This document shows positions 39,176 through 49,738 of a stretch of DNA of 64,000 nt, one piece after another. Position 1 is the first letter of the stretch, and each line of letters opens with the position of its first letter. A program made the translations under genes and the position numbers. Source of the DNA: Candidatus Kerfeldbacteria bacterium. GTDB taxonomy: Bacteria; Patescibacteriota; Patescibacteriia; UBA10025; JAHIVO01. The notes below the pieces were generated by a model that worked only from the letters and a program-made list of their open reading frames with translations, was not told the origin of the DNA and did not search any database. The stretch lies in the NCBI GenBank assembly GCA_047946875.1, contig CP181398.1, forward strand, positions 1,233,329 through 1,297,328, written 5' to 3'.

Positions 39176-39583
39176 TTAGTTGCATCTATTCATGATCATG
39201 GGAACTAGTCGACCAAGTATTTGACTGGGTTTGTTAATATTTCCATTTGGGGAAAAGACGGTCTGTTCTTGTTCACGAAGAACGAGATAAGGACCATTAC
39301 CTCCGTTAAGGGAAGCGTGAATTGTGCAGCGATAAGTACCCTGACCAAACTGTGGTTTTTCATGGCGCCACATCATGCAGTGTTCTAGATTTACTGATTC
39401 AAGATATTCGCTGTCGACGTTTTTTAAGATGTTAAACGCTTGATTGGTGTCCCATAACTCGAATAAATTTTGGCCAGTTGCATCGATGAAAATAAATAAA
39501 ATGTGCTGTTTCGGTTTGTTTGGCAGCTTTATTATCATTCGCCAAAACGTTTTTATCGGTTTTTTGTTTTGTTCTTTTGCCAT
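39176..39583 (-). CDS. hypothetical protein
   Basis: 135 aa; GAGGAGGAG SD, TTGACA upstream and a terminator. Confidence 0.7.
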   Translation of the reverse strand: MAKEQNKKPIKTFWRMIIKLPNKPKQHILFIFIDATGQNLFELWDTNQAFNILKNVDSEYLESVNLEHCMMWRHEKPQFGQGTYRCTIHASLNGGNGPYLVLREQEQTVFSPNGNINKPSQILGRLVPMIMNRCN

Positions 39584-39725
39584 AGCTCAACTCCTCCTCA
39601 TGTATGGCGTTTTTGGTAAATATAAATGAATAGGATTATACCTTAGCAGTTTGATTCAGTTTTTGTCAACAAATAAGCCTAAATAAAAAAGCCGCATTAA
39701 TTACTATAGCGGCCTAGAAATTTTT

Positions 39726-39923
39726 TTATGAAGGTGGGCTTGCACCTAGGTGGTGGTCATTGTTTCTCTGACTTTTTTTGTGTATTCGATGACACGTTTT
39801 ACATCTCTTTGGATCATCTTTATATCCACGTTCAGCAAAGTATTCTTGAGCAGTGACTGTAAAACAGAATTCTTGTTTACAGTTTATGCAAAAAAGAAAT
39901 TTGTTATTTAATTTCTTTGTCAT
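39726..39923 (-). CDS. small zinc-ribbon protein
   Basis: CINCKQEFCFT..QEYFAERGY..PKRCKTC; GAGGGGG SD. Confidence 0.85.
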   Translation of the reverse strand: MTKKLNNKFLFCINCKQEFCFTVTAQEYFAERGYKDDPKRCKTCHRIHKKSQRNNDHHLGASPPS

Positions 39924-40097
39924 AGAATCCCCCTCTTTTTTGTAAGAACAGTTTTATATAATGTTATTACACACTAATATATCTTTTTGGTCAATAAGCT
40001 TGACATAAATTATTTTTTTTGATAATATATTTATAGAGAAAAATTTAAAAACCTTCCCCAAAATAGGTGGAAAGTTTTTTTATTATTAAATATATAT

Positions 40098-41606
40098 ATG
40101 GCAGTAAAAATATTCTCAGCAGCAATTAATGGCCTAGATGCATATAGGGTTGAGGTTGAGGCTGATATTTCTAGGGGTTTACCAAAGATATTTATTGTTG
40201 GTTTACCTGACGTTGCAGTTCAAGAAGCGAAAGAACGTGTTAAATCCGGAATTAAAAATTCTGGTTTTGACTTCCCTCCTAGTGTTATAACTATTAATTT
40301 AGCACCAGCAAATCTGAAGAAAGCAGGTCCTCATTATGATTTACCAATTGCTATTGCGATTTTATTAGCACGAGGGGAAATAAAATATAAGAATTATGAA
40401 GAAAAAATATTTGCTGGTGAATTATCATTGGATGGTAGCTTACGTCCAGTAGCTGGAATATTATCAATGACGATAATGGCCAAATCTAAAAAAATTAAAG
40501 AAATATATATTCCTGAAGCTAATGCCCAGGAAGCATCATTAGTAAAAGGGGTTAAAATTTTTCCAATAAATAATCTTTCCCAGTTGACTCGTCATTTGAT
40601 TGGACAAGAGTTAATAAAACCATACATACGAAAAATAAAAAAAGAAAATAAAAAGGTTCATCAAAATGACATGATGTTTATTAGGGGCCAAGAACAAGCT
40701 AAGCGGGCATTAGAAATAGCTGCAGCAGGTGGACATAATGTTTTGATGACTGGACCACCTGGATCTGGAAAAACCTTACTAGCAAAGACGATGGCTAGTA
40801 TATTACCACCAATGAATTTTGAAGAATCTTTAGAAGTTACTAAAATATATTCTGTAGCAGGTGTGTTGTCAGAAGTGTCATCTGTAGTTCATAGTAGACC
40901 TTTTCGTTCCCCACATCACACGACTTCATCAGTAGCTTTGGTTGGAGGTGGAAGTATCCCTCGTCCTGGGGAGATCTCACTATCTCATCGAGGAGTTTTG
41001 TTTTTAGATGAGTTAGGAGAGTATGATCGAGCAGTTTTAGAAAGTTTGAGACAACCTCTGGAAGACGGAGTTATTACAGTTGCTAGAGCAGCAGGGTCTG
41101 CTGAGTTTCCTGCTAGGTTTATATTAATTGCTGCTCGAAATCCATGTCCATGTGGCTATCTTAACGATCCGAAACAAGAATGTACTTGTTCACCACAGCA
41201 GATTATTAGATACCAAAAGAAAATATCTGGGCCATTGTTAGATAGGATGGATATGCATATTACAGTCCCCCGTCTTGAATTCAAAAAAATATCAGAAAAG
41301 AATAATGTAGAAAGTTCAGAAGATATTATTAAGCGAGTAGTGAATGCAAGAAATATTCAAAATACTAGATATAAAAATCTAACTAGTAGTATTAATGCAG
41401 AATTAAGTGGGAGGTATATTGATGAATATTGTCAGATAGACAATGATGCTAAGGAAATTTTGAAAAAAGCAGTGGATCAATTTTATTTATCGGCCAGGTC
41501 TTATCATCGGATATTAAAGGTGGCAAGAACTATTGCCGATTTAGAAAATAGTGTAGCTATGGGTTCTAGTCACATCGCAGAAGCTATTCAATTCAGATCT
41601 TCATAG
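40098..41606 (+). CDS. comM: YifB/ComM Mg-chelatase-like AAA+ ATPase
   Basis: VGLPD, INLAPA, GPPGSGKT, RPFRSPHHT, GVLFLDE and NPCPCG motifs. Confidence 0.93.
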   Translation: MAVKIFSAAINGLDAYRVEVEADISRGLPKIFIVGLPDVAVQEAKERVKSGIKNSGFDFPPSVITINLAPANLKKAGPHYDLPIAIAILLARGEIKYKNYEEKIFAGELSLDGSLRPVAGILSMTIMAKSKKIKEIYIPEANAQEASLVKGVKIFPINNLSQLTRHLIGQELIKPYIRKIKKENKKVHQNDMMFIRGQEQAKRALEIAAAGGHNVLMTGPPGSGKTLLAKTMASILPPMNFEESLEVTKIYSVAGVLSEVSSVVHSRPFRSPHHTTSSVALVGGGSIPRPGEISLSHRGVLFLDELGEYDRAVLESLRQPLEDGVITVARAAGSAEFPARFILIAARNPCPCGYLNDPKQECTCSPQQIIRYQKKISGPLLDRMDMHITVPRLEFKKISEKNNVESSEDIIKRVVNARNIQNTRYKNLTSSINAELSGRYIDEYCQIDNDAKEILKKAVDQFYLSARSYHRILKVARTIADLENSVAMGSSHIAEAIQFRSS

Positions 41607-41674
41607 TAATAAAACATTGACTTTTTGCTAAAAATGTGCTAAAATAAAGGTAATAATAAACATTTGTTATAATA

Positions 41675-43147
41675 ATGACAGAAAAAATTGTATCAAAAAT
41701 TCCTGAAGAAGCGAAAAATGTTGATGTCTCGGATAAAGAAAATGAATTAGTTGACGAGGTATCGAAATTAGGTGAAGGAGAAAAATTAAAAAGATTGCGT
41801 TGGTCAGTAGCTGTACGTTATCTTATGATATCAGTAGTTGCTATTCTAACTATTGTTTGTTATGAGTTGGGATTACAATTTGATTTAATAGGAGTGTTGA
41901 TAGCCACTATTATTGCTTTTGTATTTAATCTAACTTCAAATTTAGTTTATCGTGATATAAAATATCCAAAATTCTGGCCCTACATCGGTGTTTTTCTGGA
42001 TATGATTGTTATTAGTTTGATAGTTCACGCCACTGGTGGAATAGAAAGTATTTTCCTACCACTTTATTTATTACAACTTGTGGGGACTAATGTACATTTT
42101 AGTAAGATGGCAGCACCAATGAATTTGATTTTTGGTGGAGGTATGTTTGTCTCAATGGTTATCTTAGAATATCAAGGAGTATTGCCTCATAATGATCCAG
42201 GAATTTTTCAAGAGCATTTATATTTAAATGAATTATATTTTTTTAGTGTAGCTCTTACTATGATCTCGATGATGGGAATAAGTTCTTATCGTAGTGGTTA
42301 TGTAGTATCAAGTCTAAAAACTGTAGAAAGCGAGTTATTGAAAGCTAATAGAGAATTATTAAAATTAAATGTTGTATATTCAAAAGTTAATCGCCGCTTA
42401 AAAGAGATAGACCAAATGAAAACGGAATTTATTTCTGTCGCTTCTCATCAAATGAGAACTCCCTTATCTGCTGTAAAGTGGGTAATGCGTATGGTATTGG
42501 ATGAAGATCTAGGACCATTGAATAGTCAACAGAAGGAAATGTTATCAAAAGGATATCAAACTAATGAAAGAATGATATCACTAATTAATGATTTGTTAAA
42601 TGTTTCAAGAATTGAAGAAGGACGTTTTCAATATAGATTTGTTCATATGTCTATCGAAGAAGTTATTGAAAGTGTCTCTCAGGAATTATACAATTTAATT
42701 AAAGAAAGAAACATTAAGTTCAAGTTTAAAAAACTAAAGAATGATATACCAAAGGTAAATATTGATCCACAAAAAATCCGTTTAGTAATTCAAAATTTGA
42801 TAGATAATGCAATTAAGTTTACTACTTCTGGTGGGAAGGTTACAGTTACATTGGACTATGACAAAGATAATCTTTATTTTTCAGTAATAGATAGCGGGGT
42901 AGGTATTCCTACAGCACAACAAAATAGAATTTTTTCAAAATTCTTTAGAGCAGATAATGTTGTTCGAATGCAAACTGATGGATCAGGTTTAGGATTATTT
43001 ATTGTTAGGAATGTTATTAAACAACACCAGGGAAGAGTTTGGTTTGAAAGTATTGAAGGAAAAGGTACTACTTTTAAATTCTCTTTACCTATGCAACAAG
43101 CCAAGGTAAAAGAAACTCAATTTGATAAAGTAATGAGAAGTATTTAG
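41675..43147 (+). CDS. membrane sensor histidine kinase
   Basis: 5-6 N-terminal TM helices, ASHQMRTPL, NLIDNAIKF, DSGVGI and GSGLGL. Confidence 0.95.
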   Translation: MTEKIVSKIPEEAKNVDVSDKENELVDEVSKLGEGEKLKRLRWSVAVRYLMISVVAILTIVCYELGLQFDLIGVLIATIIAFVFNLTSNLVYRDIKYPKFWPYIGVFLDMIVISLIVHATGGIESIFLPLYLLQLVGTNVHFSKMAAPMNLIFGGGMFVSMVILEYQGVLPHNDPGIFQEHLYLNELYFFSVALTMISMMGISSYRSGYVVSSLKTVESELLKANRELLKLNVVYSKVNRRLKEIDQMKTEFISVASHQMRTPLSAVKWVMRMVLDEDLGPLNSQQKEMLSKGYQTNERMISLINDLLNVSRIEEGRFQYRFVHMSIEEVIESVSQELYNLIKERNIKFKFKKLKNDIPKVNIDPQKIRLVIQNLIDNAIKFTTSGGKVTVTLDYDKDNLYFSVIDSGVGIPTAQQNRIFSKFFRADNVVRMQTDGSGLGLFIVRNVIKQHQGRVWFESIEGKGTTFKFSLPMQQAKVKETQFDKVMRSI

Positions 43148-43150
43148 TTT

Positions 43151-43864
43151 ATGAACTTACCATTAGCACCTCTAATAGATTTATTAATAAGTGTAATTTG
43201 TTTTTTTTGTAGTTGGCAATTGTATAGATCTTATAAAAGAGATAATAGTCATATAGTTTTATTTTATTTTTTTCAAGCCTATGCTGTGATAATGTTATCA
43301 TATTTATTTTTCGCTATACCTAGATTAACATTTCCAGAAAATTCTTTATATATTGGTATAGGTTTTGTAGTCGCTCAAGCATTTTTGTATATTGGAATGG
43401 CTTTTTTTGCAAAAGTGACTACTTTTTTTGTAAAAGTATATTGGTCTAAGAGAGTGTTTTGGTTAGTAATTTTTGCTTCGGTAATGGCAATAATTATTAA
43501 TATAGCATTTTTTACTTACCCAATATATAATTCTGTTACAGGACTAACAGATTGGAATATTCATCCTTGGGTAGGAATTTCAAGTACAATAGTTTTGGTT
43601 GGTATTTTAGCTCCAAGTAGTTTATTTTTCTTTTGGCAAGGATTTAAATCAAGAGATAATGTGGTTAAAATTCGCTCTATTTCCCTAGCTATTGGCCTTG
43701 TTTCATTAATGATAACTGCATATATATATTATTCAGCTACAACAGTAACTGTTACTTTAATATCTGATTTATTGTCATTACTCTCTTTCCTAATTGTCTT
43801 TTTTGGTGTTATATATAAGAGAGGGAATAATGTAAATAACATATCGGATAAATCTAAAATATAA
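43151..43864 (+). CDS. 7-TM membrane protein
   Basis: seven hydrophobic segments; lies between the kinase and the response regulator. Confidence 0.8.
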   Translation: MNLPLAPLIDLLISVICFFCSWQLYRSYKRDNSHIVLFYFFQAYAVIMLSYLFFAIPRLTFPENSLYIGIGFVVAQAFLYIGMAFFAKVTTFFVKVYWSKRVFWLVIFASVMAIIINIAFFTYPIYNSVTGLTDWNIHPWVGISSTIVLVGILAPSSLFFFWQGFKSRDNVVKIRSISLAIGLVSLMITAYIYYSATTVTVTLISDLLSLLSFLIVFFGVIYKRGNNVNNISDKSKI

Positions 43865-43888
43865 TATAATATTTAAAGACTAAATAAT

Positions 43889-44734
43889 ATGACAAATTTA
43901 AAAGGAAAAATAGTAATAATTGAAGATGAGGTAATTTTAATTGATGTACTAAGTAAAAAGCTTGAAAATGAAGGCTATGAGGTTCAATCAGCTGAGGATG
44001 GGTTACAAGGGCTAGAGGTGATTGAATCATTTAATCCTGATTTAGTCTTATTAGATATTGCAATGCCGAAAATGAATGGTTATGAAGTATTAGCATCATT
44101 GAATGAAAAATTTGGTTTAAATAATATGCCGCCAGTAATAATTATTTCAAATTCAGGTCAGCCGGTTGAAATAGATAAAGCGAGAGATCTTGGAGCAAAA
44201 GATTTTATTATTAAGGCCCAATTTACTCCTGCAGAAGTTTTAGAAAAAGTTAATAAAGTTTTAGGCATGACTAAATCATTAAACGATGATATTGATAAAA
44301 AAACATTGGGGATAGTAGAAGAGAATTCATCAGCTTCATCTGGCAAAGATCCGGAAGCAAGAATATTGGTAGTTGAGGATGATCAGTTTTTAAGAGATTT
44401 ATTAAAAACAAAATTAGAAAAAGAAAATTTTGAAGTGAGTACCGCTATTGATGGACCGGGTGGCATAGAAAAAATCGGAACAGTATTACCAGATATTATG
44501 TTATTAGATATTATTTTACCTGGAATGGACGGTTTCGAAGTATTAAAAAGAGTTAGAACAAATTCAAATGTACAAGTAGCTGGTACGCCTATAATTTTGT
44601 TATCAAATTTGGGTCAAGAAGCAGATATTGAAAAAGGCCGTGCATTAGGAGCTGATGATTATCTTATAAAATCAAATTTTACTATTGATGAAATTATAGA
44701 AAAACTTAGAAGTTTGCTTGCCGCCAAAAAATAA
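43889..44734 (+). CDS. response regulator with two receiver domains
   Basis: IIEDE/LLDIAMP/IIK and VVEDD/LLDIILP/LIK; no output domain. Confidence 0.93.
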   Translation: MTNLKGKIVIIEDEVILIDVLSKKLENEGYEVQSAEDGLQGLEVIESFNPDLVLLDIAMPKMNGYEVLASLNEKFGLNNMPPVIIISNSGQPVEIDKARDLGAKDFIIKAQFTPAEVLEKVNKVLGMTKSLNDDIDKKTLGIVEENSSASSGKDPEARILVVEDDQFLRDLLKTKLEKENFEVSTAIDGPGGIEKIGTVLPDIMLLDIILPGMDGFEVLKRVRTNSNVQVAGTPIILLSNLGQEADIEKGRALGADDYLIKSNFTIDEIIEKLRSLLAAKK

Positions 44735-44740
44735 ATAATT

Positions 44741-44779
44741 AAAAAAATACCCAGTCACTTATTAAGAGGGTATTTTTTT
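44741..44779. terminator. bidirectional terminator
   Basis: aaaaaaataccc...gggtattttttt between convergent genes. Confidence 0.65.
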
Positions 44780-44794
44780 ATTTAAATTTTATTT

Positions 44795-45952
44795 TTATAA
44801 ATATGTAAGCGGATTTACTTTACTACCGTTAACAATAACTTCAAAGTGGACATGAGGGCCAGTGCTCCAACCAGTACTACCTACCATACCTATAGTTTGT
44901 CCACGAGATACAGAATCGCCGGTTTTTACAAATAGTTTTGACTCATGACCATATAAAGTTTTTATACCATTACCATGGTTAATAATAATATGATTACCAT
45001 AGCCACTTGCCCATCCAGCTTTTTCCACTACTCCATCATCAGAAGCATAGACGGGTTGACTACGATTACCAGTTATATCTATAGCTAAGTGACGCCACTT
45101 ATAATATTGACTGATACGGTGTCCAGTGGTTGGCCATAATAATTTTGTGCCACTCGTGTTTGTAGCTGAGGCTGGAATATTAGTGTAAGTATATGCATTA
45201 CTAGTAGTTGTTCTGGTTGTTGGTGCAGGTGGTGCAGGCATGGCTCCACCAGGTATAATTAATATCTGATCTTTTTCAATAGCAGAAGCGTCAGCGAGTT
45301 GATTGAACTCAATTATATCATCTGCTGTGGCTGAATATTTTTTGGCAATAGAATCAATTGTGTCACCACTTTTTATTTGGTGTGACACTCCAGATTGTGG
45401 CAAGATTGTTAGTCTCTGACCAGGTTTAATAGTATCTCTTGTACCAAGTTTATTTTCCCATAAGATAGTACTTGTAGAAACATTAAATTTTTCTGCAATA
45501 ACACCGACAGTATCACCACCTTCTACAATGTAATAAATAACATCATCGCGGAATTGCCCGATGATTGATTCGCCGCCCGCTACTAAAGCAGGTCGAACTA
45601 ATGCTGCGCTTGTTTCAGAAGTTATTATTCCATCGTTACTGTTGCCAGAGTTATTCCTAATTGCATCGGCTGTTGTTAATAATCCTGATCTTTGGTAATA
45701 ATTTGCTAAAATAATAGTAGTGGAGTCAGCAGTTTCAGTAATATCAAGATCTTGAATTCCTGTTACTAAAGTACCTAGAATGGTAGCTTTGCCAAATTCT
45801 TCAGCTTTTGTCTCTTTGATAGCAAAGTTATTAGCAATCACTGCTAATGCAATTAAAATTATTACAAAATGAATTGTTGATTTATTAAGCAGTGGGTATA
45901 TTATCTTATTTCTAGCAGGTGCAAAAATTTTTAAAAATGATTTTTTCCCCAT
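44795..45952 (-). CDS. LysM + M23 peptidase (true start probably upstream, non-AUG)
   Basis: two LysM domains, HLAID, YGH and TGPHVHFEV; frame stays open upstream to 46186. Confidence 0.93.
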   Translation of the reverse strand: MGKKSFLKIFAPARNKIIYPLLNKSTIHFVIILIALAVIANNFAIKETKAEEFGKATILGTLVTGIQDLDITETADSTTIILANYYQRSGLLTTADAIRNNSGNSNDGIITSETSAALVRPALVAGGESIIGQFRDDVIYYIVEGGDTVGVIAEKFNVSTSTILWENKLGTRDTIKPGQRLTILPQSGVSHQIKSGDTIDSIAKKYSATADDIIEFNQLADASAIEKDQILIIPGGAMPAPPAPTTRTTTSNAYTYTNIPASATNTSGTKLLWPTTGHRISQYYKWRHLAIDITGNRSQPVYASDDGVVEKAGWASGYGNHIIINHGNGIKTLYGHESKLFVKTGDSVSRGQTIGMVGSTGWSTGPHVHFEVIVNGSKVNPLTYL

Positions 45953-46196
45953 TCTATAGTACCTATATAAAGGAACAAAAAACTTACGAAAAATAAAAAA
46001 AGCTACTATTTTTGTAGGCTTGATAAAAGCTATTGAGGCAAAAGTACTCAGTCCATTACCGATGAAAATTGTAAACTTCAGTATGGCTAAAAATATGGTT
46101 ATTAAGTTTTTTCTGATTCTGAAGTTAATAGTATTAGGGTTAATAATTATGGTGCTAACGTTAGCGATTGACGTATTCCATAAGTTTCAATTTCTA

Positions 46197-46225
46197 ATAC
46201 TATCATAATGAATTTCTTGCGTCAA
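46197..46225 (-). promoter_or_regulatory. sigma70 promoter of the M23 gene
   Basis: TTGACG-N17-TAGTAT with extended TG on the minus strand. Confidence 0.6.
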
Positions 46226-46292
46226 TGAGTACAATAATGACGGTTTAACCTGCTTGAAATCAGGTAATTAAAATGTTACATTTAACCTACTT

Positions 46293-49250
46293 ATGATGAA
46301 AAAGTACAACCATAAAGCCATTGAAAAAAAATGGCAAAAATATTGGGAAGACAATAAAATTTGGCAGGCTGACGATAAGGGGTCTGGTGAAAAATATTAT
46401 ATTTTGGATATGTTCCCTTATCCATCAGCTGAAGGGTTGCACGTAGGTCATCCTGAAGGATATACAGCTTCTGATATTGTCACAAGATATCAGAGAATGA
46501 ATGGAAAGAATGTTCTACATCCTATGGGTTTTGATTCTTTTGGCTTACCAGCTGAGAATTATGCTATTAAGACAGGTACTCATCCAGTCAAAACAACAGC
46601 TAAAAATATTAATAACATGCGGAAGCAGATTAAATCTCTTGGCTTTTCTTATGATTGGGATAGAGAAGTGATTACTTCTGATCCAAGTTATTACAAATGG
46701 ACCCAGTGGATATTCATTCAGCTATTCAAACATGGTCTTGCTTATGAAGCTGATGCTCCAATTAATTGGTGTCCGTCTTGTAAAACTGGACTAGCAAATG
46801 AAGAAGTAGTGAATGGTAAATGTGAGAGATGCGGTTCTGAAGTAACTAAGAAACAAATTAAACAATGGTTGGTAAAAATTACTGACGATAAATATATTGA
46901 AAGACTGGAAAAAGATTTAGACGATTTGGATTGGCCCGAAAGTATTAAACACCTCCAGCGAAATTGGATTGGTAGGTCAGAAGGAGCGGAAGTAGATTTT
47001 CGTGTCATTGCGAGCGATAGCGAAGCAATCTCACTTAATAGTAATAAAGACGCTGAGATTGCCATGTCGTCTTCGACTCCTCGCAATGACATTATTAAAG
47101 TTTTTACTACTCGTCCTGATACATTGTTTGGAGCGACTTATATGGTGCTGTCTCCTGAGCATGAGTTGGTTAATAAAATTACTACAGATAAACAACAAAA
47201 AGATGTTCATAATTATCAAATAAAAGCGTCAGGTAAATCCGATCTTGAGAGAACAGATCTTGCTAAAGATAAGACAGGTGTATTTACGGGTGCCTATGCT
47301 ATCAATTCTGTTAATAAAGAAAAAATTCCAATTTGGATTGCAGACTATGTGTTAAGTTCTTATGGTACTGGAGCGATTATGGCTGTACCCGCGCATGATG
47401 AACGTGATCATGAATTCGCTAAGAAATTTAAACTACCGATTGTTGAAGTGATTAAACCATCACGGGTTATGCCAAAAACACATCCTCCTATGGGTAGTGC
47501 GGCTGCGTGGGGAATTCAAGATTCTGATTTAGAATATACATGCTGGATTGGTGACGGTGAAATGATAAATTCAGGTAAGTATGACAGCATGAATTCAGTC
47601 GATTTTAAAAAAGAAATCACGACATGGTTAGAACAAAAAAAAGTAGGAAAAAAGGCAGTTAATTATAAACTTCGTGATTGGTTGTTTTCTAGACAAAGAT
47701 ATTGGGGAGAACCTATTCCTATTGTGCATTGTGATGATTGTAAAAATAGGATTGAATCAGGGGCAACTGAAATACATTTTTACAATCAATCTTTTTGGGA
47801 TGATATTTTAAACGGTAAGAAAACAGTTGAAACAAGGGCATTAAACCCAGATGAGCCTGAAAGATATTTTGGTGATATTAAAGCGGGACAGTACTTAAAA
47901 TTAAAAAACATGACGACGGGAGCTATTCAGTATGCAGAAGTTATGGCAGATAAAATCTATTCTGATATAGATAAGTTTTATTCTGACAAAAAAATGTTTG
48001 TAGGGATGGGGACTGGCAATACGTATAAGTCGGGAGAAGATTTATTGCAGGCGTATGCTTTTACTTCTGATTATATAGAACGAATAAAAAAGAATGGTTT
48101 AGTCGCTTGGAAAATAAAATTAGTTTCACCTGGAAATGTAGCAGTACTTGAAAAAGATCTTCCATTAGAATTACCTGACATCAAAAAATATGAACCAACT
48201 GGTACAGGTGAGTCGCCGTTAGCAACTATAGATAAGTGGGTAAATACTAAATGCCCGGAGTGTGGAGGTAAAGCTAAGCGGGAAACAAATACCATGCCAC
48301 AGTGGGCTGGATCAAATTGGTACTTTCTGCGTTATTGCGATCCAAAGAATGATAAGATGTTAGCTGACCCAGAGAAGTTAAAAAAGTGGTTGCCAGTAGA
48401 TTTATACATAGGTGGTGCTGAACATGCGGTCCTACATTTACTCTATGCAAGATTTATTTATAAATTTTTGTTTGATATTGGTGTTGTGCCTAAGGAGATT
48501 GGTGACGAGCCATTTGCAAAATTAAAAAATCAAGGATTGATCATGGGAGAGGATGGAGTGAAGATGTCTAAGTCGCGTGGTAATGTTATTAATCCAGATG
48601 ACGTGATCAAAGAGTACGGAGCAGATACGCTACGTATGTATGAGATGTTTATGGGACCATTCGAAGATAGTAAACCATGGGATACTAAAGGGATAGTTGG
48701 TATCAAAAGATTTTTGGATAGGGTTTATAATGCGCATACTAATGTAGTTGATAGAGATTTGGAAAAAGCAGAGGATAGACTTTTACATACACTGATAAAA
48801 TTTGTTACGAATGATATTGAAGATTTTAAATTTAATACATGCGTTAGTCATTTTATGGGGCATAGTAATTATTGGTCTTCAGATAAATCATTATCATTCA
48901 AAGAATATGAAATTTTTTTAATAATACTATCCCCTTTTGCTCCACATATGTGTGAAGAGCTTTGGGAGGATCTAGGTCATAAAAAGAGTATTTCAAAAGA
49001 GTCATGGCCTGAATTTAGTGAGGAGATTATTAAAAGAGAGAAGGTTACTATCGTTGTGCAAGTAAATGGGAAAGTGCGTGATAATATAACTGTTAGTAGA
49101 GGAGCTGATGAAGAAGATGTTATTCTTGAAGCTTGTGCTAGTATTAAAGTACAAAAATACATTCCTACTGAAAAAAAGAATGGAAAGATAATCTTTAAAG
49201 GTAAGGGTAAACATTTTGTGAAAGATCGAATAATTAATTTTGTAGTTTAA
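46293..49250 (+). CDS. leuS: leucine--tRNA ligase with insertions
   Basis: [42 protein letters not shown] and VQVNGK motifs. Confidence 0.98.
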   Translation: MMKKYNHKAIEKKWQKYWEDNKIWQADDKGSGEKYYILDMFPYPSAEGLHVGHPEGYTASDIVTRYQRMNGKNVLHPMGFDSFGLPAENYAIKTGTHPVKTTAKNINNMRKQIKSLGFSYDWDREVITSDPSYYKWTQWIFIQLFKHGLAYEADAPINWCPSCKTGLANEEVVNGKCERCGSEVTKKQIKQWLVKITDDKYIERLEKDLDDLDWPESIKHLQRNWIGRSEGAEVDFRVIASDSEAISLNSNKDAEIAMSSSTPRNDIIKVFTTRPDTLFGATYMVLSPEHELVNKITTDKQQKDVHNYQIKASGKSDLERTDLAKDKTGVFTGAYAINSVNKEKIPIWIADYVLSSYGTGAIMAVPAHDERDHEFAKKFKLPIVEVIKPSRVMPKTHPPMGSAAAWGIQDSDLEYTCWIGDGEMINSGKYDSMNSVDFKKEITTWLEQKKVGKKAVNYKLRDWLFSRQRYWGEPIPIVHCDDCKNRIESGATEIHFYNQSFWDDILNGKKTVETRALNPDEPERYFGDIKAGQYLKLKNMTTGAIQYAEVMADKIYSDIDKFYSDKKMFVGMGTGNTYKSGEDLLQAYAFTSDYIERIKKNGLVAWKIKLVSPGNVAVLEKDLPLELPDIKKYEPTGTGESPLATIDKWVNTKCPECGGKAKRETNTMPQWAGSNWYFLRYCDPKNDKMLADPEKLKKWLPVDLYIGGAEHAVLHLLYARFIYKFLFDIGVVPKEIGDEPFAKLKNQGLIMGEDGVKMSKSRGNVINPDDVIKEYGADTLRMYEMFMGPFEDSKPWDTKGIVGIKRFLDRVYNAHTNVVDRDLEKAEDRLLHTLIKFVTNDIEDFKFNTCVSHFMGHSNYWSSDKSLSFKEYEIFLIILSPFAPHMCEELWEDLGHKKSISKESWPEFSEEIIKREKVTIVVQVNGKVRDNITVSRGADEEDVILEACASIKVQKYIPTEKKNGKIIFKGKGKHFVKDRIINFVV
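47004..47090. repeat. 87-bp palindromic element inserted in-frame in leuS
   Basis: gtcattgcgag/ctcgcaatgac terminal IR and inner gcaatctca/tgagattgc stem; 29 codons. Confidence 0.85.
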
Positions 49251-49255
49251 ATAAT

Positions 49256-49726
49256 ATGATACCAAAAGTAGAATTAATGTATAATTATGATTATGCAAAG
49301 AAGCTATATAGAGGTGCTGGTAATTATGAAGATATTTGGCGGAGAGTAGTAGGCCTTGGCGCTGATTTTGAAAAAATATATAATGAATATATAGAATATA
49401 TCTTGGTTAATATTGAAAAATATTCTGGCTTTGCCTGGCAGGAACATGCAGAAGTTACTTTTCCAGTATATTTAGCAGATGTTGATGTGTCATTTGCGCA
49501 TCCACTCACTTTGAAAGTAGATGATGATCCTGAAGTGATGTTGACCGACCTGATTGTTCAGCTGTCCAATAGAAATATGTTTTTCGGTTTTACTGACGAT
49601 GATGGAAAAATAAAATGTTTTAGATCTATAACTAACAAAATTTTGAATGATTTAAAAATTGTAGAGATTGAAGCAGATGATTTTGATTTGGCTAAAAAAA
49701 CAATTAAAGAATATATAAAAAAATAG
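49256..49726 (+). CDS. hypothetical protein
   Basis: 156 aa; tight spacing within the leuS operon. Confidence 0.75.
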   Translation: MIPKVELMYNYDYAKKLYRGAGNYEDIWRRVVGLGADFEKIYNEYIEYILVNIEKYSGFAWQEHAEVTFPVYLADVDVSFAHPLTLKVDDDPEVMLTDLIVQLSNRNMFFGFTDDDGKIKCFRSITNKILNDLKIVEIEADDFDLAKKTIKEYIKK

Positions 49727-49738
49727 TAAATAAATAAT

